Positions 28,867-40,078 are shown, counted from the first letter of the stretch. The stretch: 64,000 nt of DNA from a bacterium (GCA_965261595.1 CBDHDG010000005.1:608001-672000), one strand, 5' to 3'. Made by a program: numbers and translations. The notes: a model not told the origin generated them from the letters alone.

Positions 28867-31662
28867 TTATTCCAGGATGGCCGCGCATCGGCCGCAGAGC
28901 GTCGGGTGGGCCGCGTTTCGACCCACGGAAGGAAGGACCATCCAGCAGCGCTCGCACTTCTCCCCCTCGGCCGCCTCGACCTGGACTGTCCAAGGAGGCG
29001 CTCCGTCCGGATTGGAGCCGGACGTCGCCCCCTCCGTCTCCACCGACGATACGATGAACAGCGCCGGCAGGTCTCCGAGGTAGGGTTCGAGAAAGGTCCG
29101 GAATTCCTCCGAGGCGGCGATTTTCACCTTCGCGTTCAGCGCGCTCCCGAGGTCCCGGCTTTGGCGGGCCTCCTCGAGCTCCTTGAGGACGCCTTCGCGC
29201 AGCTCGATGAGGCGCCGCCACCGCCCGGCCAAGTCCTCGTCCAACTCCGATTCGTCGATGGCCGGAAACAGGGCCAGGTGGACGCTCGGCTCGCGGCTGG
29301 CCGGGTCTCCCGGAAGGCGCTCCCAGACCTCTTCGGCCGTGAAGGCCAGGATCGGGGCCATGAGGCGGACCATCGCGTCGGCCAGCCGGTGCAGGACGGT
29401 CTGGGCGCTCCGGCGCGCCTCGGAATCGGCCTTCTCGCAGTAGAGGCGGTCCTTGATCACGTCCAGGTAAAAGGCCGACAGGTCCACGGCGCAGAAGTTG
29501 TGGAACGTCTGATAGAACGTGTGAAATTCGTACCGGTCGTAGGTCTCGCGCACGCGCCGGACCAGCTCGGCGAGTTTGTGAAGCATCCACCGGTCGATCT
29601 CGGGCAGCCGCTCGTAAGGGACGGCGTTCCCCGATGGGTCGAAGTCATAGAGGTTTCCCAGGAAGTATCGGAAGGTGTTGCGGATCCGCCGGTAGGCCTC
29701 CGAGTTGCGCTTCAGGATCTCCGGGGAGATCCGCACGTCCTCCCGGTAGTTCTCCGAGGCCACCCAGAGCCGGATGATCTCCGCGCCGTTCTGTTTGATG
29801 ATCTTATCGGGCGCGATGACGTTTTTACGTGACTTGGACATCTTCCGACCGTCGGCGTCCACGACGTACCCGTGGGTCAGGACGGTCCCGTAGGGCGCGC
29901 GCCCCCGCGTTCCCACCGAGGCCAGGAGCGAGCTGTGGAACCAGCCCCGGTGTTGGTCGCTCCCTTCCAGGTAGAGATCGGCGGGCCAGGAGAGCTCCGG
30001 GTCGGCTTCGAGGACAGCGGCGTGCGTCACGCCTGAATCGAACCACACGTCCAGGATGTCCGTGACCTTCTCGAAATTCTTCGATCCACACCCCGCGCAG
30101 GCGAGGCCGTCCGGCGTGAAGTCCGCCGCGTCCCGGTCGAACCAGGCGTCGGCCCCTTCCGTCTCCATCCACGCGGCGGCCTTCCCGGCGATTCGGGGGT
30201 CGATCACCGCCTCGCCGCAGTCGGCGCACGTGAAGGCCGTGATGGGAACCCCCCAGGTCCGCTGGCGGGAGATGCACCAGTCCGGCCGGTTCTCGATCAT
30301 CCCGTAGATGCGCTCGCGTCCCCACTCGGGGAGCCACCGGACGCCGTTGACCGCTTCGAGGGCCTTGGACCGGAGGCCGTTGTGGTCCATCGAGATGAAC
30401 CACTGGGGGGTGGCCCGAAAGAGAACGGGGTTGTGGCACCGCCAGCAGTGGGGATATTGATGCCGGATTTTTTCTTGTGCGACGAGCCGCCCGGTCTCCG
30501 AGAGGTGACGGATAATCTCGGAGTTCGCATCCCAGACGCTCATTCCGCCGAACAGGGGCAGGTCCTTGTAGAAGCGGCCGTGGTCGTCCACCGGGCAGAT
30601 CACCTCCAGGCCGTACGCCTGTCCGGTTTCGTAGTCCTCCCGTCCGTGCCCGGGAGCGGTGTGGACCGCGCCGGTCCCTTGGTCGAGTGTCACGTAGTCG
30701 GCCAGGACGCCGGCCGAGTCCCGCTCCAGGAAGGGATGGCGGAAGACCGCCCCTTCGAGGGCCTTTCCGGGAAACCGGCGGAGGACGCGGCAGCCCTGTG
30801 CGCCGAAGACCTCCATCAGCGTCGGCGTCAGGCGCTCGGCCAGGATCCAGCGGCGGGTTTTCCCGTCCGTTTCCGCTTCCACCAGGGCGTAGTCGTGCTT
30901 GGGGTGGAAGGCGACGGCCTGGTTGGCCGGGAGGGTCCAGGGGGTGGTCGTCCAGATGACCGCGGCCGTCCCTTCCGGCGCGTCTCCGATTTCCCCTCCG
31001 TGAAGATAAGAGAACTCGACGAAGACGGCGGGCGAGGTGTGGTCCTCGTACTCCACCTCGGCCTCGGCCAGGGCGGTGAGGTCGAATGTGCACCAGTGGA
31101 CGGGTTTCAGCCCCCGGTAGACGGCACCGGAGCGGAAGAACTTTTCAAGCTCCCTGACCGTGGCGGCCTCGAAGCCGTGGTTCATCGTCAGGTACGGAGA
31201 GTCCCACGCGCCGTAGCCCCCGAGCCGCTCGAACTCCTCGCGTTGAATCCCCACGAACCGCTCGGCGAACGCCCGGCACCGCCGCCGTTTCTCCGAGGTG
31301 GGGATCGTGTCCTTTTCCTTCCCCAGCTCCAGGTCCACCTGGTGCTCGATGGGCAGGCCGTGGCAGTCCCAGCCGGGCACGTACGGGGCGTCGAGCCCTT
31401 CCATCGTCCGGGCGCGGACGATGAAGTCTTTGAGCACCTTGTTGAGGGCCGTTCCCATGTGGATGTGGCCGTTGGCGTAGGGGGGGCCGTCGTGGAGGAT
31501 GAATTTCTTCGCCCCCCGCCGGGCCTCGCGGACTTTGGCGTACAGGTCCATTTCCTTCCACCGATCGAGCCGCTTGGGCTCGTTCACCGGGAGGTTGGCC
31601 TTCATGGGGAAGTCGGTTCGGGGGAGGTTCAGCGTTTCTTTGTAGTCGCGTTCTTCCGTCAT
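28867..31662 (-). CDS. ileS: Isoleucine-tRNA ligase
   Basis: HDGPPYANG.IHMG, GWDCHGLP, WTTTPWT, KMSKS, C-terminal zinc finger. Confidence 0.98.
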   Translation of the reverse strand: MTEERDYKETLNLPRTDFPMKANLPVNEPKRLDRWKEMDLYAKVREARRGAKKFILHDGPPYANGHIHMGTALNKVLKDFIVRARTMEGLDAPYVPGWDCHGLPIEHQVDLELGKEKDTIPTSEKRRRCRAFAERFVGIQREEFERLGGYGAWDSPYLTMNHGFEAATVRELEKFFRSGAVYRGLKPVHWCTFDLTALAEAEVEYEDHTSPAVFVEFSYLHGGEIGDAPEGTAAVIWTTTPWTLPANQAVAFHPKHDYALVEAETDGKTRRWILAERLTPTLMEVFGAQGCRVLRRFPGKALEGAVFRHPFLERDSAGVLADYVTLDQGTGAVHTAPGHGREDYETGQAYGLEVICPVDDHGRFYKDLPLFGGMSVWDANSEIIRHLSETGRLVAQEKIRHQYPHCWRCHNPVLFRATPQWFISMDHNGLRSKALEAVNGVRWLPEWGRERIYGMIENRPDWCISRQRTWGVPITAFTCADCGEAVIDPRIAGKAAAWMETEGADAWFDRDAADFTPDGLACAGCGSKNFEKVTDILDVWFDSGVTHAAVLEADPELSWPADLYLEGSDQHRGWFHSSLLASVGTRGRAPYGTVLTHGYVVDADGRKMSKSRKNVIAPDKIIKQNGAEIIRLWVASENYREDVRISPEILKRNSEAYRRIRNTFRYFLGNLYDFDPSGNAVPYERLPEIDRWMLHKLAELVRRVRETYDRYEFHTFYQTFHNFCAVDLSAFYLDVIKDRLYCEKADSEARRSAQTVLHRLADAMVRLMAPILAFTAEEVWERLPGDPASREPSVHLALFPAIDESELDEDLAGRWRRLIELREGVLKELEEARQSRDLGSALNAKVKIAASEEFRTFLEPYLGDLPALFIVSSVETEGATSGSNPDGAPPWTVQVEAAEGEKCERCWMVLPSVGRNAAHPTLCGRCAAILE

Positions 31663-31740
31663 GAGGGTTCGCACAATCCGGGAGTGACGATTTTCGGGGA
31701 TTCAGACTTCAGCCATTCACGCCGGGGCGGCATGGACTGA

Positions 31741-32733
31741 CTATAAGTGCATCGCGGCCTTGGCCTCGTCCAAGGTTTTTCGCGCCTCCTCCCGGGCCTT
31801 CCGGCTTCCCTCCTCCAGGATGTCCCGGACGGAGTCCGGGTCCGAGAGGATCTCCCGCCGCCGCTCCTGGATGGGCCCCAACATCTCGGTCAGGTTCCCG
31901 TGGAGGACTTTCTTGCAGTCCACGCAGCCGATCTCGGCGGTCCGGCAGCCTTGGGCGGCCCACTTCAGCTCATCGTCGGACGAGAATACTTTGTGGAGGT
32001 CGAAGACCGGGCAGACGTCGGGGTCGCCGGCGTCGTTGCGGCGCTTTCGGGCCGGGTCGGTCATCATGGTCATGATCTTTTGGCGCAGGGGCTCTCCCTC
32101 GTCGCCCAGGTAGATGGCGTTGTCGTAGCTCTTGCTCATCTTCCGGCCGTCCGTGCCGGGGAGCTTGGGGACCTCGGTCAGTTTCGGCGCGGGCTCGGGG
32201 AAGACCTCGGATTTCGAGAGGTGGTTGAACCGGCGGACGACCTCCCGGGTCAGCTCGACGTGCGCCACCTGGTCCACCCCCACGGGCACCCAATTGGCCT
32301 TGTAGATGACAATGTCGGCCGCCTGGAGGAGGGGATAGCCCAGGAAGCCGTACGTGCCGAGATCGACATGGGTCATCTGCTGCTGCTGTTCCTTGTAAGA
32401 GGGGACCCGCTCCAGCCAGGCCAGGGGGGTGATCATGGAGAAGAGCAGGTGAAGCTCCGCGTGCTCGGGGACCCGGGATTGGACGAAGATCGTGCTGCGC
32501 TCCGGGTCCAGGCCGGCCGCCATCCAATCCACGGCCATCTCCGTGATGAGGGCCTGGAGGTCGCCGGTGTCGTTGTAATCGGTGGTGAGGGCGTGCCAGT
32601 CGGCCACGAAGAAAAAGCAGCGGTAGCCCTCCTGAAGGTCCACCCAGTTTTTCAGCGCGCCGAAATAGTTGCCCAGATGCAGTTTGCCCGAGGGCCGCAT
32701 CCCGCTGAGAACCCGCTCCGGTTTCGCGTCCAA
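31741..32733 (-). CDS. trpS: Tryptophan-tRNA ligase
   Basis: SGMRPSGKLHLGNY, YPLLQAAD, VPVGVDQ, KMSKS. Confidence 0.97.
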   Translation of the reverse strand: MDAKPERVLSGMRPSGKLHLGNYFGALKNWVDLQEGYRCFFFVADWHALTTDYNDTGDLQALITEMAVDWMAAGLDPERSTIFVQSRVPEHAELHLLFSMITPLAWLERVPSYKEQQQQMTHVDLGTYGFLGYPLLQAADIVIYKANWVPVGVDQVAHVELTREVVRRFNHLSKSEVFPEPAPKLTEVPKLPGTDGRKMSKSYDNAIYLGDEGEPLRQKIMTMMTDPARKRRNDAGDPDVCPVFDLHKVFSSDDELKWAAQGCRTAEIGCVDCKKVLHGNLTEMLGPIQERRREILSDPDSVRDILEEGSRKAREEARKTLDEAKAAMHL

Positions 32734-32803
32734 CGATTGATTTCCTTCCCTTGACGATGTCGCCCCGATCCCGACGGGCCCGGCGGCCCCGGCGGTTCGA
32801 TCC

Positions 32804-33430
32804 TCAAAGCCCGTACATGCGGATGAAGACGTGGATGATCGGGAAGACCGTGTAGTCGAGCACCCGAAAAAAGATGAGCCCCAGCAGGATGAAGAACCCG
32901 TAGGGCTCGATCCGGCTGAACGTGATCGAGGCCCGGGGGGGGAGCAGCCCGTTCAGAATGCGGCCTCCGTCCAGGGGCGGAATCGGGATCAGGTTGAAGA
33001 CCATCAGCGCCAGGTTGATGACGATGCAGCGCTGGACGATCAGGAATAACGGCGTGTGCCCCCAGAAGGCGTCTCCGGCGTAGGGGACCGGAATCAAATG
33101 ATAAACCCCCACGAACCCCGTGGCGAGGATGAAGTTCGACACCGGTCCGGCGAGGGCGATCCACATCATGTCCCGGCGGGGGTTTTGGAGGTTCCTCACG
33201 TCCACCGGGACGGGCTTGGCCCACCCGATGAAGCGCGTGACGACGAAGACGAGCGTGCCCATCGGGTCCAGGTGTTTGAGCGGGTTCAGCGTCACCCGCC
33301 CCAGCATCCGCGCCGTCGGGTCGCCCAGGCGGTCGGCCATCCATCCGTGCGCCGCCTCGTGCACGCAGAGGGCAAGCAGCATGGCGGGCAACATGATGGC
33401 GATCTGCCGGATGACCAGATTAATGTCCAT
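32804..33430 (-). CDS. Site-2 protease family (M50) peptidase
   Basis: HEAAH, GWAKPVPV, FNLIPIPPLDG. Confidence 0.93.
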   Translation of the reverse strand: MDINLVIRQIAIMLPAMLLALCVHEAAHGWMADRLGDPTARMLGRVTLNPLKHLDPMGTLVFVVTRFIGWAKPVPVDVRNLQNPRRDMMWIALAGPVSNFILATGFVGVYHLIPVPYAGDAFWGHTPLFLIVQRCIVINLALMVFNLIPIPPLDGGRILNGLLPPRASITFSRIEPYGFFILLGLIFFRVLDYTVFPIIHVFIRMYGL

Positions 33431-33517
33431 GGTTTCGGTGTCCTTGGTTCGGCCGCACGTCGGCGATAAATCGAAACCTCTTAGCAAACGCCCGCGGCAC
33501 TGTCAATTTGGAGACGG

Positions 33518-36151
33518 TCATTTCACCCCGTGAAGGGTCAGGAGCCGCCGGACGTAAGCGCGCTCGTGGATCTCGCCCGCCTCGATGTCCCCGTCCAGCA
33601 GGGCGTCCCGCGCGGCCGCCAGGAGCTCCCCGTACAGGGGCCCCGGTTCCACGCCCATCGCCAGCAGGTCCTTTCCCCCGATGGCCGGATTCACGTCTCG
33701 CAGATGGGTCAGGTGCAAAGAGACGCGTTTCTTGGCCCGCTGGGAGGGCGCGACCGCCAGGCTGTAGAGCAGGGTCTCGATCTTCAGGGGGTGGAGGAGC
33801 CGGTAAACGGCGCTCGGCGGGACCTCTTCCCCGGAGAGTCCGGCCAGGATGTTCACGACTTCCCGGCGGGCCTGAAGGGTGGGGTCGCATCGGCGGCCGG
33901 GCAGGGCCAGGCGGGCGCACGCGGCCTCCGCCTCCTCATCGGTGAGATCCCCGAGCAGGCCCATGAGGTAGATCCGCCAAGCCTCCATCGGCTCTTCGGG
34001 GAACAGCAGCTTGAACCAGGCGAGGGCCCGATCGATGTCTTCGAAGCGGCACCCGAGGGCGGAGGTTTCCCGGAGCCTCGGGTGGATGAACCGGAGCAGC
34101 TTCAAGTCGCCCAGGCGGGCGACGCACCGCCAGGGCTCGGGCCCGTCGAGGATGAGTCGAAGCTCGGTGAACAGGCGGCTTCCCGAAAGGCGGTCGATCA
34201 GGCTGTCGCGGACGGCATGGTCCAGGAGGGTCCGGGTTTGGGCGCCGATGGCGAATCCATACCGTTCCGAGAATCGGACGGCGCGAAAGGCGCGCGTCGG
34301 GTCCTCTACGAAACTGAGGTTGTGGAGAACGCGGAGGACCTTGTCCTTCAGGTCGCGCCGGGCGCCGAAGAAATCCAGCAATCTCCACGCCCCCTCGCCG
34401 TTCAGTTGGACGGCCATCGCGTTGATGGAGAAATCCCGCCGGGACAGGTCCGTGCGGATGTCGCTCATCTCGACGACGGGCAGCGCCGCGGGCTGTTCGT
34501 AGTATTCCACCCGGGCCGTGGCCACGTCCACCTTTCGGCCGTCGGGCAGCGTCACCACGGCGACGCCGAACCGGGGGTGGGCTTTGGAGCGTCCTCCCAT
34601 CCGCGCCGCGAGCGCCCGGGCGAGAGCGATGCCGTCGCCTTCCACCACGAGGTCCACGTCCGGGTTGTCGATGCCGAGCATCAGGTCCCGGATGATCCCG
34701 CCGACGAGGTAGACGCGGCAGCCTTGCGCCTCCGCCGTATGCGCCGCCTCCTCGAGGACCTCACGCACGGGTTCCGAGAGGCGGGCGCGGGCCAGCGTCC
34801 GCACGCTTCGCGTGTAGGGCTCGGCCCGAAGGCCTTCCGGGTTGCGCTCCTGTTGGAGGAGCCGGACGGCGTCCCCCCGGGTGATGATTCCCTTCAAGGG
34901 GGCGTGCTTCACGTCCGGATCGGTGCGGCCCAGGACGGGAATCGCCTTTTGCCGGCGGCCCAGGATCAACTCCAGGGCCCGGTCCGCCGGGGCGTCGGGC
35001 GTCAGGGTCTCGAAGTTCCGGTTCATGGAATCGGCCACGCGATCCGCCCCGACACCGTCAACGATGGCCTGCTCCACGTCCGGGCGCGTGATCAAACCGG
35101 CGACGCGGCGCCCTTCCATCACGGGCAGGGTGTTGAGGTTGTATCGGGTCATCAGGTCCCCGGCATCGCGAATCGGGTCTTCCGCCCTGACGGTCCGCAC
35201 AGGCGACGCCATGATCTCTCCGGCCTTTCGGCGGCCGCGCGTTTCCCGGTGGAGGCGCTCGATCAGCCGGTCCCGGGCTTGGAAGAGTGTCAGGTCCTTG
35301 ATGGAGGACGAGGCGGCGGAGGGATGGCCGCCTCCGCCGAAGGACGCCGCGACGGCCCCGACGTCGATCTCGGGGACGCGGCTCCGGGCGATTAATTGGA
35401 CCTTTCCTTCCAACCGAACCAGAAAGAAGAAAGCGGGCGCGTCGTGGGCGGCCTGAAACTTCTGGGCGACCAGGGCGACGTCATCCACGTACTCCTCCCG
35501 GGAGGCCGTGGCGACGGCGACGGGAACGCCCAGAACGCGAACGGACTCGGCAGACTCCATCAGCTCGTGAAGGAGGGCGACCTGGACGGCGTTCAGCTCG
35601 CGGTGCACCCAGTCGGCCACGGCCGCCGGGTCCGCTCCGCGGGAGGCGAGGAAGGCCGCCGCCTCCAGGTCCCGCAGCGTGGTGTTGACGGAGGAAAAGC
35701 TTCGCGTGTCCGCGTGAATCCCCAGGTTGAAGAGGGTGGCTTCTTCCGGGGTGATCGGAATGTCCCGCGTTCTCAGAATGTCCACCAAAATGGTTGTGGT
35801 CGCGCCGACGGGCCGGATGTCCTCGACGTCGGCCCGGAAATCCCGGACGGCCTCCGCATGGTGGTCGTACACGTGCACCGGGACGTCCGCGCGGTCGAGC
35901 AGCGGCTGAAACTCCCCGATCCGGGCCCTGGACTGGGTGTCCACGACGATGAGCCGTCCCACGGCGTCCGGTTCCACCTGGCGCGGCTTGAGGACCTGAA
36001 GCGCACAGCGCCCGGACCGGAGGAACTCCCGCACCGAGGATTCCTGAGAACCGGGGAAGGCCGGCGTCGCGCCGGGGTATAGCTTTTCCGCCGCCGCCAT
36101 GGCGGCCAGGCAGTCGAAGTCGGCGCTGATGTGACAGGTGATCAGGTCCAT
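33518..36151 (-). CDS. DHH-CBS-fused class II tRNA nucleotidyltransferase (A-adding-type architecture)
   Basis: ADFD/DHH/GGGH, two CBS domains, VGG..RD, DVD, RRDFSINA, EDPTR. Confidence 0.9.
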   Translation of the reverse strand: MDLITCHISADFDCLAAMAAAEKLYPGATPAFPGSQESSVREFLRSGRCALQVLKPRQVEPDAVGRLIVVDTQSRARIGEFQPLLDRADVPVHVYDHHAEAVRDFRADVEDIRPVGATTTILVDILRTRDIPITPEEATLFNLGIHADTRSFSSVNTTLRDLEAAAFLASRGADPAAVADWVHRELNAVQVALLHELMESAESVRVLGVPVAVATASREEYVDDVALVAQKFQAAHDAPAFFFLVRLEGKVQLIARSRVPEIDVGAVAASFGGGGHPSAASSSIKDLTLFQARDRLIERLHRETRGRRKAGEIMASPVRTVRAEDPIRDAGDLMTRYNLNTLPVMEGRRVAGLITRPDVEQAIVDGVGADRVADSMNRNFETLTPDAPADRALELILGRRQKAIPVLGRTDPDVKHAPLKGIITRGDAVRLLQQERNPEGLRAEPYTRSVRTLARARLSEPVREVLEEAAHTAEAQGCRVYLVGGIIRDLMLGIDNPDVDLVVEGDGIALARALAARMGGRSKAHPRFGVAVVTLPDGRKVDVATARVEYYEQPAALPVVEMSDIRTDLSRRDFSINAMAVQLNGEGAWRLLDFFGARRDLKDKVLRVLHNLSFVEDPTRAFRAVRFSERYGFAIGAQTRTLLDHAVRDSLIDRLSGSRLFTELRLILDGPEPWRCVARLGDLKLLRFIHPRLRETSALGCRFEDIDRALAWFKLLFPEEPMEAWRIYLMGLLGDLTDEEAEAACARLALPGRRCDPTLQARREVVNILAGLSGEEVPPSAVYRLLHPLKIETLLYSLAVAPSQRAKKRVSLHLTHLRDVNPAIGGKDLLAMGVEPGPLYGELLAAARDALLDGDIEAGEIHERAYVRRLLTLHGVK

Positions 36152-36404
36152 GCGCTCCGCTCGTGGCCGGAGGGGGGAAGATATCTGTTGTCCGCGGAAC
36201 CCACGGAGTCTTTCCAACCCCTTGAATATAGATTTCGGAGCGGATTCAATCAATGCGGGTCCGGCGGGGGCGCGCCCGGACGCGGGGTCGCCGGACAGGC
36301 GGAGCCGCCGGTCCGCCGGCGTTTTGGTTGAAAGGCGGGCGGGGGGGTGTTAGATTTTCATTAAAGGTTGACCCACCGATTTGCTTGTGGATTCGAGGCA
36401 CGGC

Positions 36405-37730
36405 ATGCCCGGAAGCCGATCACTTCTGCGGAACCTCATCCTCCCGCTCTCCCTTTGCGCCGCCATCCTCCTGCCCGCTCTCTCCGGTTCGGACACCGCC
36501 AAGGAGCCGGACGGGCGGACCGTCCTCGTTCTGAACGTCGAGGGCGTCATCAATCCGGCGACGGCCGAGTACATCGTCAAGGGGCTCGCGGAGGCGAAGA
36601 CGCGGGGGGCCGAGTTGATCGTCCTGCAGTTGGATACCCCGGGCGGACTGGACACCTCCATGCGCATCATCATCAAAGCGATGATCGCCTCATCGGTTCC
36701 CGTCGCCGTGTACGTGGCCCCGGGCGGGGCGAGGGCGGCCTCGGCCGGGACCTTCATGACGATCGCGGCCCACGTGGCCGCCATGGCGCCCGGCACGAAC
36801 CTGGGCGCGGCCAGCCCGGTGGCGGTGAGCGGCGGGATGGACGAAACCATGAAGAAGAAGGTCACCAACGACGCGGCGGCCTACATCCGGTCCCTGGCGA
36901 AGAAGCACGGCCGGAACGCGGACTGGGCGGAGAAGGCGGTCCGCGACGGCGTGTCCCTCGGCGAGGGCGCGGCGCTCAACAAGGGCGTGATCGACCTGGT
37001 GGCCACCAACCTGAAGACCCTTCTGCTGGCGGTGGACGGACGCAAGGTGTCCACGCCGGCCGGCGACCGGGTCCTGCGGACGAAGGGCGCCCGGGTGGCG
37101 GTGTACGAGATGGGCGTGCGCCAGAAGCTCCTGGCCATCCTCTCCAACCCCAATCTGGCCTACATGCTCATGATGCTGGGGTTTTACGGGATCCTTTTCG
37201 AGATCATGAATCCGGGGGCCATCTTTCCCGGCGTGGTCGGGGCCATCTGCCTCATTGTGGGTTTCTACGCCCTTCAGGTGCTTCCCATCAACTATGCCGG
37301 GCTGGCCTTGATCATTCTCGGCATCGTCATGTTCATCCTGGAGGTCAACATGGTCAGCTATGGCGCCCTCAGCATCGGGGGGGCGATCGCGATGATCCTG
37401 GGGTCGGTCATGCTGGTGGACTCGCCCGCGCCGTTCCTGCGGATCTCCTACTTCGTGATCATCCCCGTGACCCTCCTGACCGCCGGTCTGTTCGTCTTCC
37501 TCCTTGGGCTCGGCCTCAAGGCCCAGCGGCGGAAACCCGTGTCCGGTTCGGAGGGTCTGGTGGACGCCACGGGCGTCGCGAAGGGGGACATCGACCTTGA
37601 AGGCAAGGTGTTTGTTCATGGAGAGCTTTGGAACGCCCATTCCGCCGAGCCGATTGCCGAAGGGGAAACGGTTCGGATTGTGGCGGTCAAGGGTCTTCGT
37701 CTCGTGGTGGTGAAGGAGGTGTCTACATGA
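36405..37730 (+). CDS. nfeD: NfeD membrane-bound ClpP-class serine protease
   Basis: LDTPGG, AASAG, GAASP, C-terminal OB-fold GELW. Confidence 0.93.
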   Translation: MPGSRSLLRNLILPLSLCAAILLPALSGSDTAKEPDGRTVLVLNVEGVINPATAEYIVKGLAEAKTRGAELIVLQLDTPGGLDTSMRIIIKAMIASSVPVAVYVAPGGARAASAGTFMTIAAHVAAMAPGTNLGAASPVAVSGGMDETMKKKVTNDAAAYIRSLAKKHGRNADWAEKAVRDGVSLGEGAALNKGVIDLVATNLKTLLLAVDGRKVSTPAGDRVLRTKGARVAVYEMGVRQKLLAILSNPNLAYMLMMLGFYGILFEIMNPGAIFPGVVGAICLIVGFYALQVLPINYAGLALIILGIVMFILEVNMVSYGALSIGGAIAMILGSVMLVDSPAPFLRISYFVIIPVTLLTAGLFVFLLGLGLKAQRRKPVSGSEGLVDATGVAKGDIDLEGKVFVHGELWNAHSAEPIAEGETVRIVAVKGLRLVVVKEVST

Positions 37731-38530
37731 TTGGATACAACGCATTGCTCCCGATTATCGTGATCTTCGTGATCCTGATTTTGGCCAGCTCGATCAAGGT
37801 CATGCGGGAGTACGAGCGCGCGGTCGTCTTTCGGCTGGGCCGGTTTCTCAGCGCCAAGGGGCCGGGACTTTTCCTTTTGTTCCCCGTCATCGACCGGATG
37901 GTGCGGGTGAGTCTGCGGCTGGTCACCCTGGACGTTCCCTCGCAGGACATCATCACCCGGGACAACGTGACGGTGAAGGTGAACGCCGTGCTTTATTTCC
38001 GCGTTCTCGATCCCCAAAAGGCCGTCATCGAGGTGGAGGACTTCCTCTACGCGACCTCCCAGCTCGCCCAGACGACCCTGCGGAGCGTCCTCGGAAAATC
38101 GGAGCTGGACGACCTCCTGGGCGAGCGGGAGAAGATCAACAGTCAGCTCCAGGAAATCCTGGACAAGCAGACCGACCCGTGGGGCATCAAGGTCACCAAC
38201 GTCGAGATCAAGCACGTCGATCTGCCCACCGAGATGCAGCGGGCCATCGCCAAGCAGGCCGAGGCCGAGCGGGAGCGGCGGGCCAAGATCATTCACGCCG
38301 AAGGCGAGTTCCAGGCGTCGGGCCGGCTGGCCGAGGCGGCCGCCGTTGTCGGCAGAGAGCCGGCGGCGCTCCAGCTCCGCTACCTTCAAACCCTGACGGA
38401 AGTGGCGATGGAGAACAACTCGACGTTGATCTTCCCCATTCCGATGGACTTGCTCACCCCGTTCCTTCCGAGAGGGGGTCGGGAATCGGGCGGCGGAGGG
38501 AAGGAGTCCGGGGGCGAAGCCGGGGCGTGA
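37727..38530 (+). CDS. Stomatin/slipin (SPFH band 7) protein
   Basis: [30 protein letters not shown]-coupled to nfeD. Confidence 0.94.
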   Translation: MIGYNALLPIIVIFVILILASSIKVMREYERAVVFRLGRFLSAKGPGLFLLFPVIDRMVRVSLRLVTLDVPSQDIITRDNVTVKVNAVLYFRVLDPQKAVIEVEDFLYATSQLAQTTLRSVLGKSELDDLLGEREKINSQLQEILDKQTDPWGIKVTNVEIKHVDLPTEMQRAIAKQAEAERERRAKIIHAEGEFQASGRLAEAAAVVGREPAALQLRYLQTLTEVAMENNSTLIFPIPMDLLTPFLPRGGRESGGGGKESGGEAGA

Positions 38531-38588
38531 CGTGGGTGGGCTGGCCGGGGCGTGGCCGGCGCCGGACGCGCGGTCCGGAATGCCCGTC

Positions 38589-38897
38589 TCAGGCTTGGAG
38601 ATCGATGGCCCTGATCTCTTCCGGCCTGGGGGCGCTCAGGACGGCCAGCAGCGGCCGGTTCTCTTCGTAGGAAGAGTTCGCGGCGTCCCGGATTTTCTTG
38701 ACCTCCGGGGGCGGCTTGGGGGCGGGCAGGTCGAGGAGAAGCTGTTCTCCCGGCAGGGCCGTCGCCGTGAAGGTCGCCGCGCTGCTTGTTTGGTCTCCCG
38801 GGTGTTTTGCATGTGAATGCTTGTTCCCGGAGACAGGCGGATTCGGCCGGATGACTGTAGGTTCGGTTGTGATTATCTGAGCTTTGTAATCATTCAT
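38589..38897 (-). CDS. Small hypothetical protein ending IDLQA, possibly sigma28-regulated
   Basis: AAGGAGG RBS; fills intergenic gap; upstream GCCGATAA. Confidence 0.6.
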   Translation of the reverse strand: MNDYKAQIITTEPTVIRPNPPVSGNKHSHAKHPGDQTSSAATFTATALPGEQLLLDLPAPKPPPEVKKIRDAANSSYEENRPLLAVLSAPRPEEIRAIDLQA

Positions 38898-38936
38898 CGC
38901 CTTGACCCTCCTTCCATGAGGGTTTTGCCTGATCTC

Positions 38937-38963
38937 TTATCGGCGGCGCGCGAAATGTGATGA
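38937..38963 (-). promoter_or_regulatory. Putative sigma28 (FliA) promoter
   Basis: TCAT-N15-GCCGATAA on minus strand (consensus TAAA-N15-GCCGATAA). Confidence 0.5.
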
Positions 38964-39005
38964 GAGGTTTTTTCATCCCGCCGGAGATTTGCGAGGCCGA
39001 ATCCG

Positions 39006-40067
39006 TTGTCCGATTCACGAAGGGATGTCCCCGCTATTCCCTCCGAAGGAACAAGACGTTTTGAATTTCAGGTCGAGCCGGGGCGCGAAGGCTGCCGCCT
39101 GGACGTTTATCTCGCCGGCCGTCCCGAGGCGCCCGGTAATTCCCGGGCGGGGGTCCAGCGGCTCATCCGGGAAGGGCGCGTCCGGATCGAGAGAGGCGCC
39201 GGGGGTCCCGCCGGCCCCGCGAAAGCGCTTCCTCCGGGTCAGGTTCCAAAGGCCGGGACGGCCCTGTACGCCGGGGACTGGATCCTCGTCACGGTCCCGC
39301 CGCCCGAACCCGTCGAAGTCGCGGCCGAGGACATTCCCCTGGACGTCCCTTATGAGGACGCCCACCTGATCATCATCAACAAGCCGCCCGGACTGGTCGT
39401 CCATCCCGCCCCCGGCCACGCGCGGGGGACCCTGGTCAACGCGCTGTTGTCACGGGTTTCCGACTTGGCGGGAATCGGCGGGAAGCTTCGCCCGGGCATC
39501 GTCCACCGCCTGGACAAGGACACCTCGGGACTGATGGTCGTGGCCAAGACCGAGGCGTCCATGAAGGGGCTTCAGGCCGCCCTCAAGGCGAGGCGGATCG
39601 GGCGGATCTACCGGGCCTTGGCCGGGTGGGGAGGGCGGGGGGGGAGCTTTCCGGATGAGGGCCGGATCGAGGGAAACATCGGCCGACGGCCCGCGCACCG
39701 GAAGAGGATGGCGGTTGTGGACGGGGGAAGACCGGCGGTGACGCATTTCCGCGTCCTCGAGCGGTTTGGAAAACGCGCCCTCCTGGAAGTCCGGCTCGAG
39801 ACGGGCCGGACGCACCAGATTCGCGTTCACCTGGCGCACCGGGGGAGTCCGGTGATCGGGGACCGGGTGTACGGCGTCCGCCGCAAAGGAGACCCGGCCA
39901 TCGATCGCCAGGCGCTTCACGCGTATTGTTTGACCTTCGATCACCCGGTGACGGGCGAGCCCATGCGGTTCGAGGCCCCGCCGCCCGAGGATTTTCAGAG
40001 GGCTTTGGATGAGCTGCGGGGCGAAGGCGTGAAGATTCCTTCGAAATCGGCCGGTGTGGACCCGTAA
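39006..40067 (+). CDS. rluD: RluA-family 23S rRNA pseudouridine synthase
   Basis: S4-like RLD, NKPPGLVVHP, HRLDKDTSG, TGRTHQIR. Confidence 0.92.
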   Translation: MSDSRRDVPAIPSEGTRRFEFQVEPGREGCRLDVYLAGRPEAPGNSRAGVQRLIREGRVRIERGAGGPAGPAKALPPGQVPKAGTALYAGDWILVTVPPPEPVEVAAEDIPLDVPYEDAHLIIINKPPGLVVHPAPGHARGTLVNALLSRVSDLAGIGGKLRPGIVHRLDKDTSGLMVVAKTEASMKGLQAALKARRIGRIYRALAGWGGRGGSFPDEGRIEGNIGRRPAHRKRMAVVDGGRPAVTHFRVLERFGKRALLEVRLETGRTHQIRVHLAHRGSPVIGDRVYGVRRKGDPAIDRQALHAYCLTFDHPVTGEPMRFEAPPPEDFQRALDELRGEGVKIPSKSAGVDP

Positions 40068-40078
40068 GGGAGGGGCGG

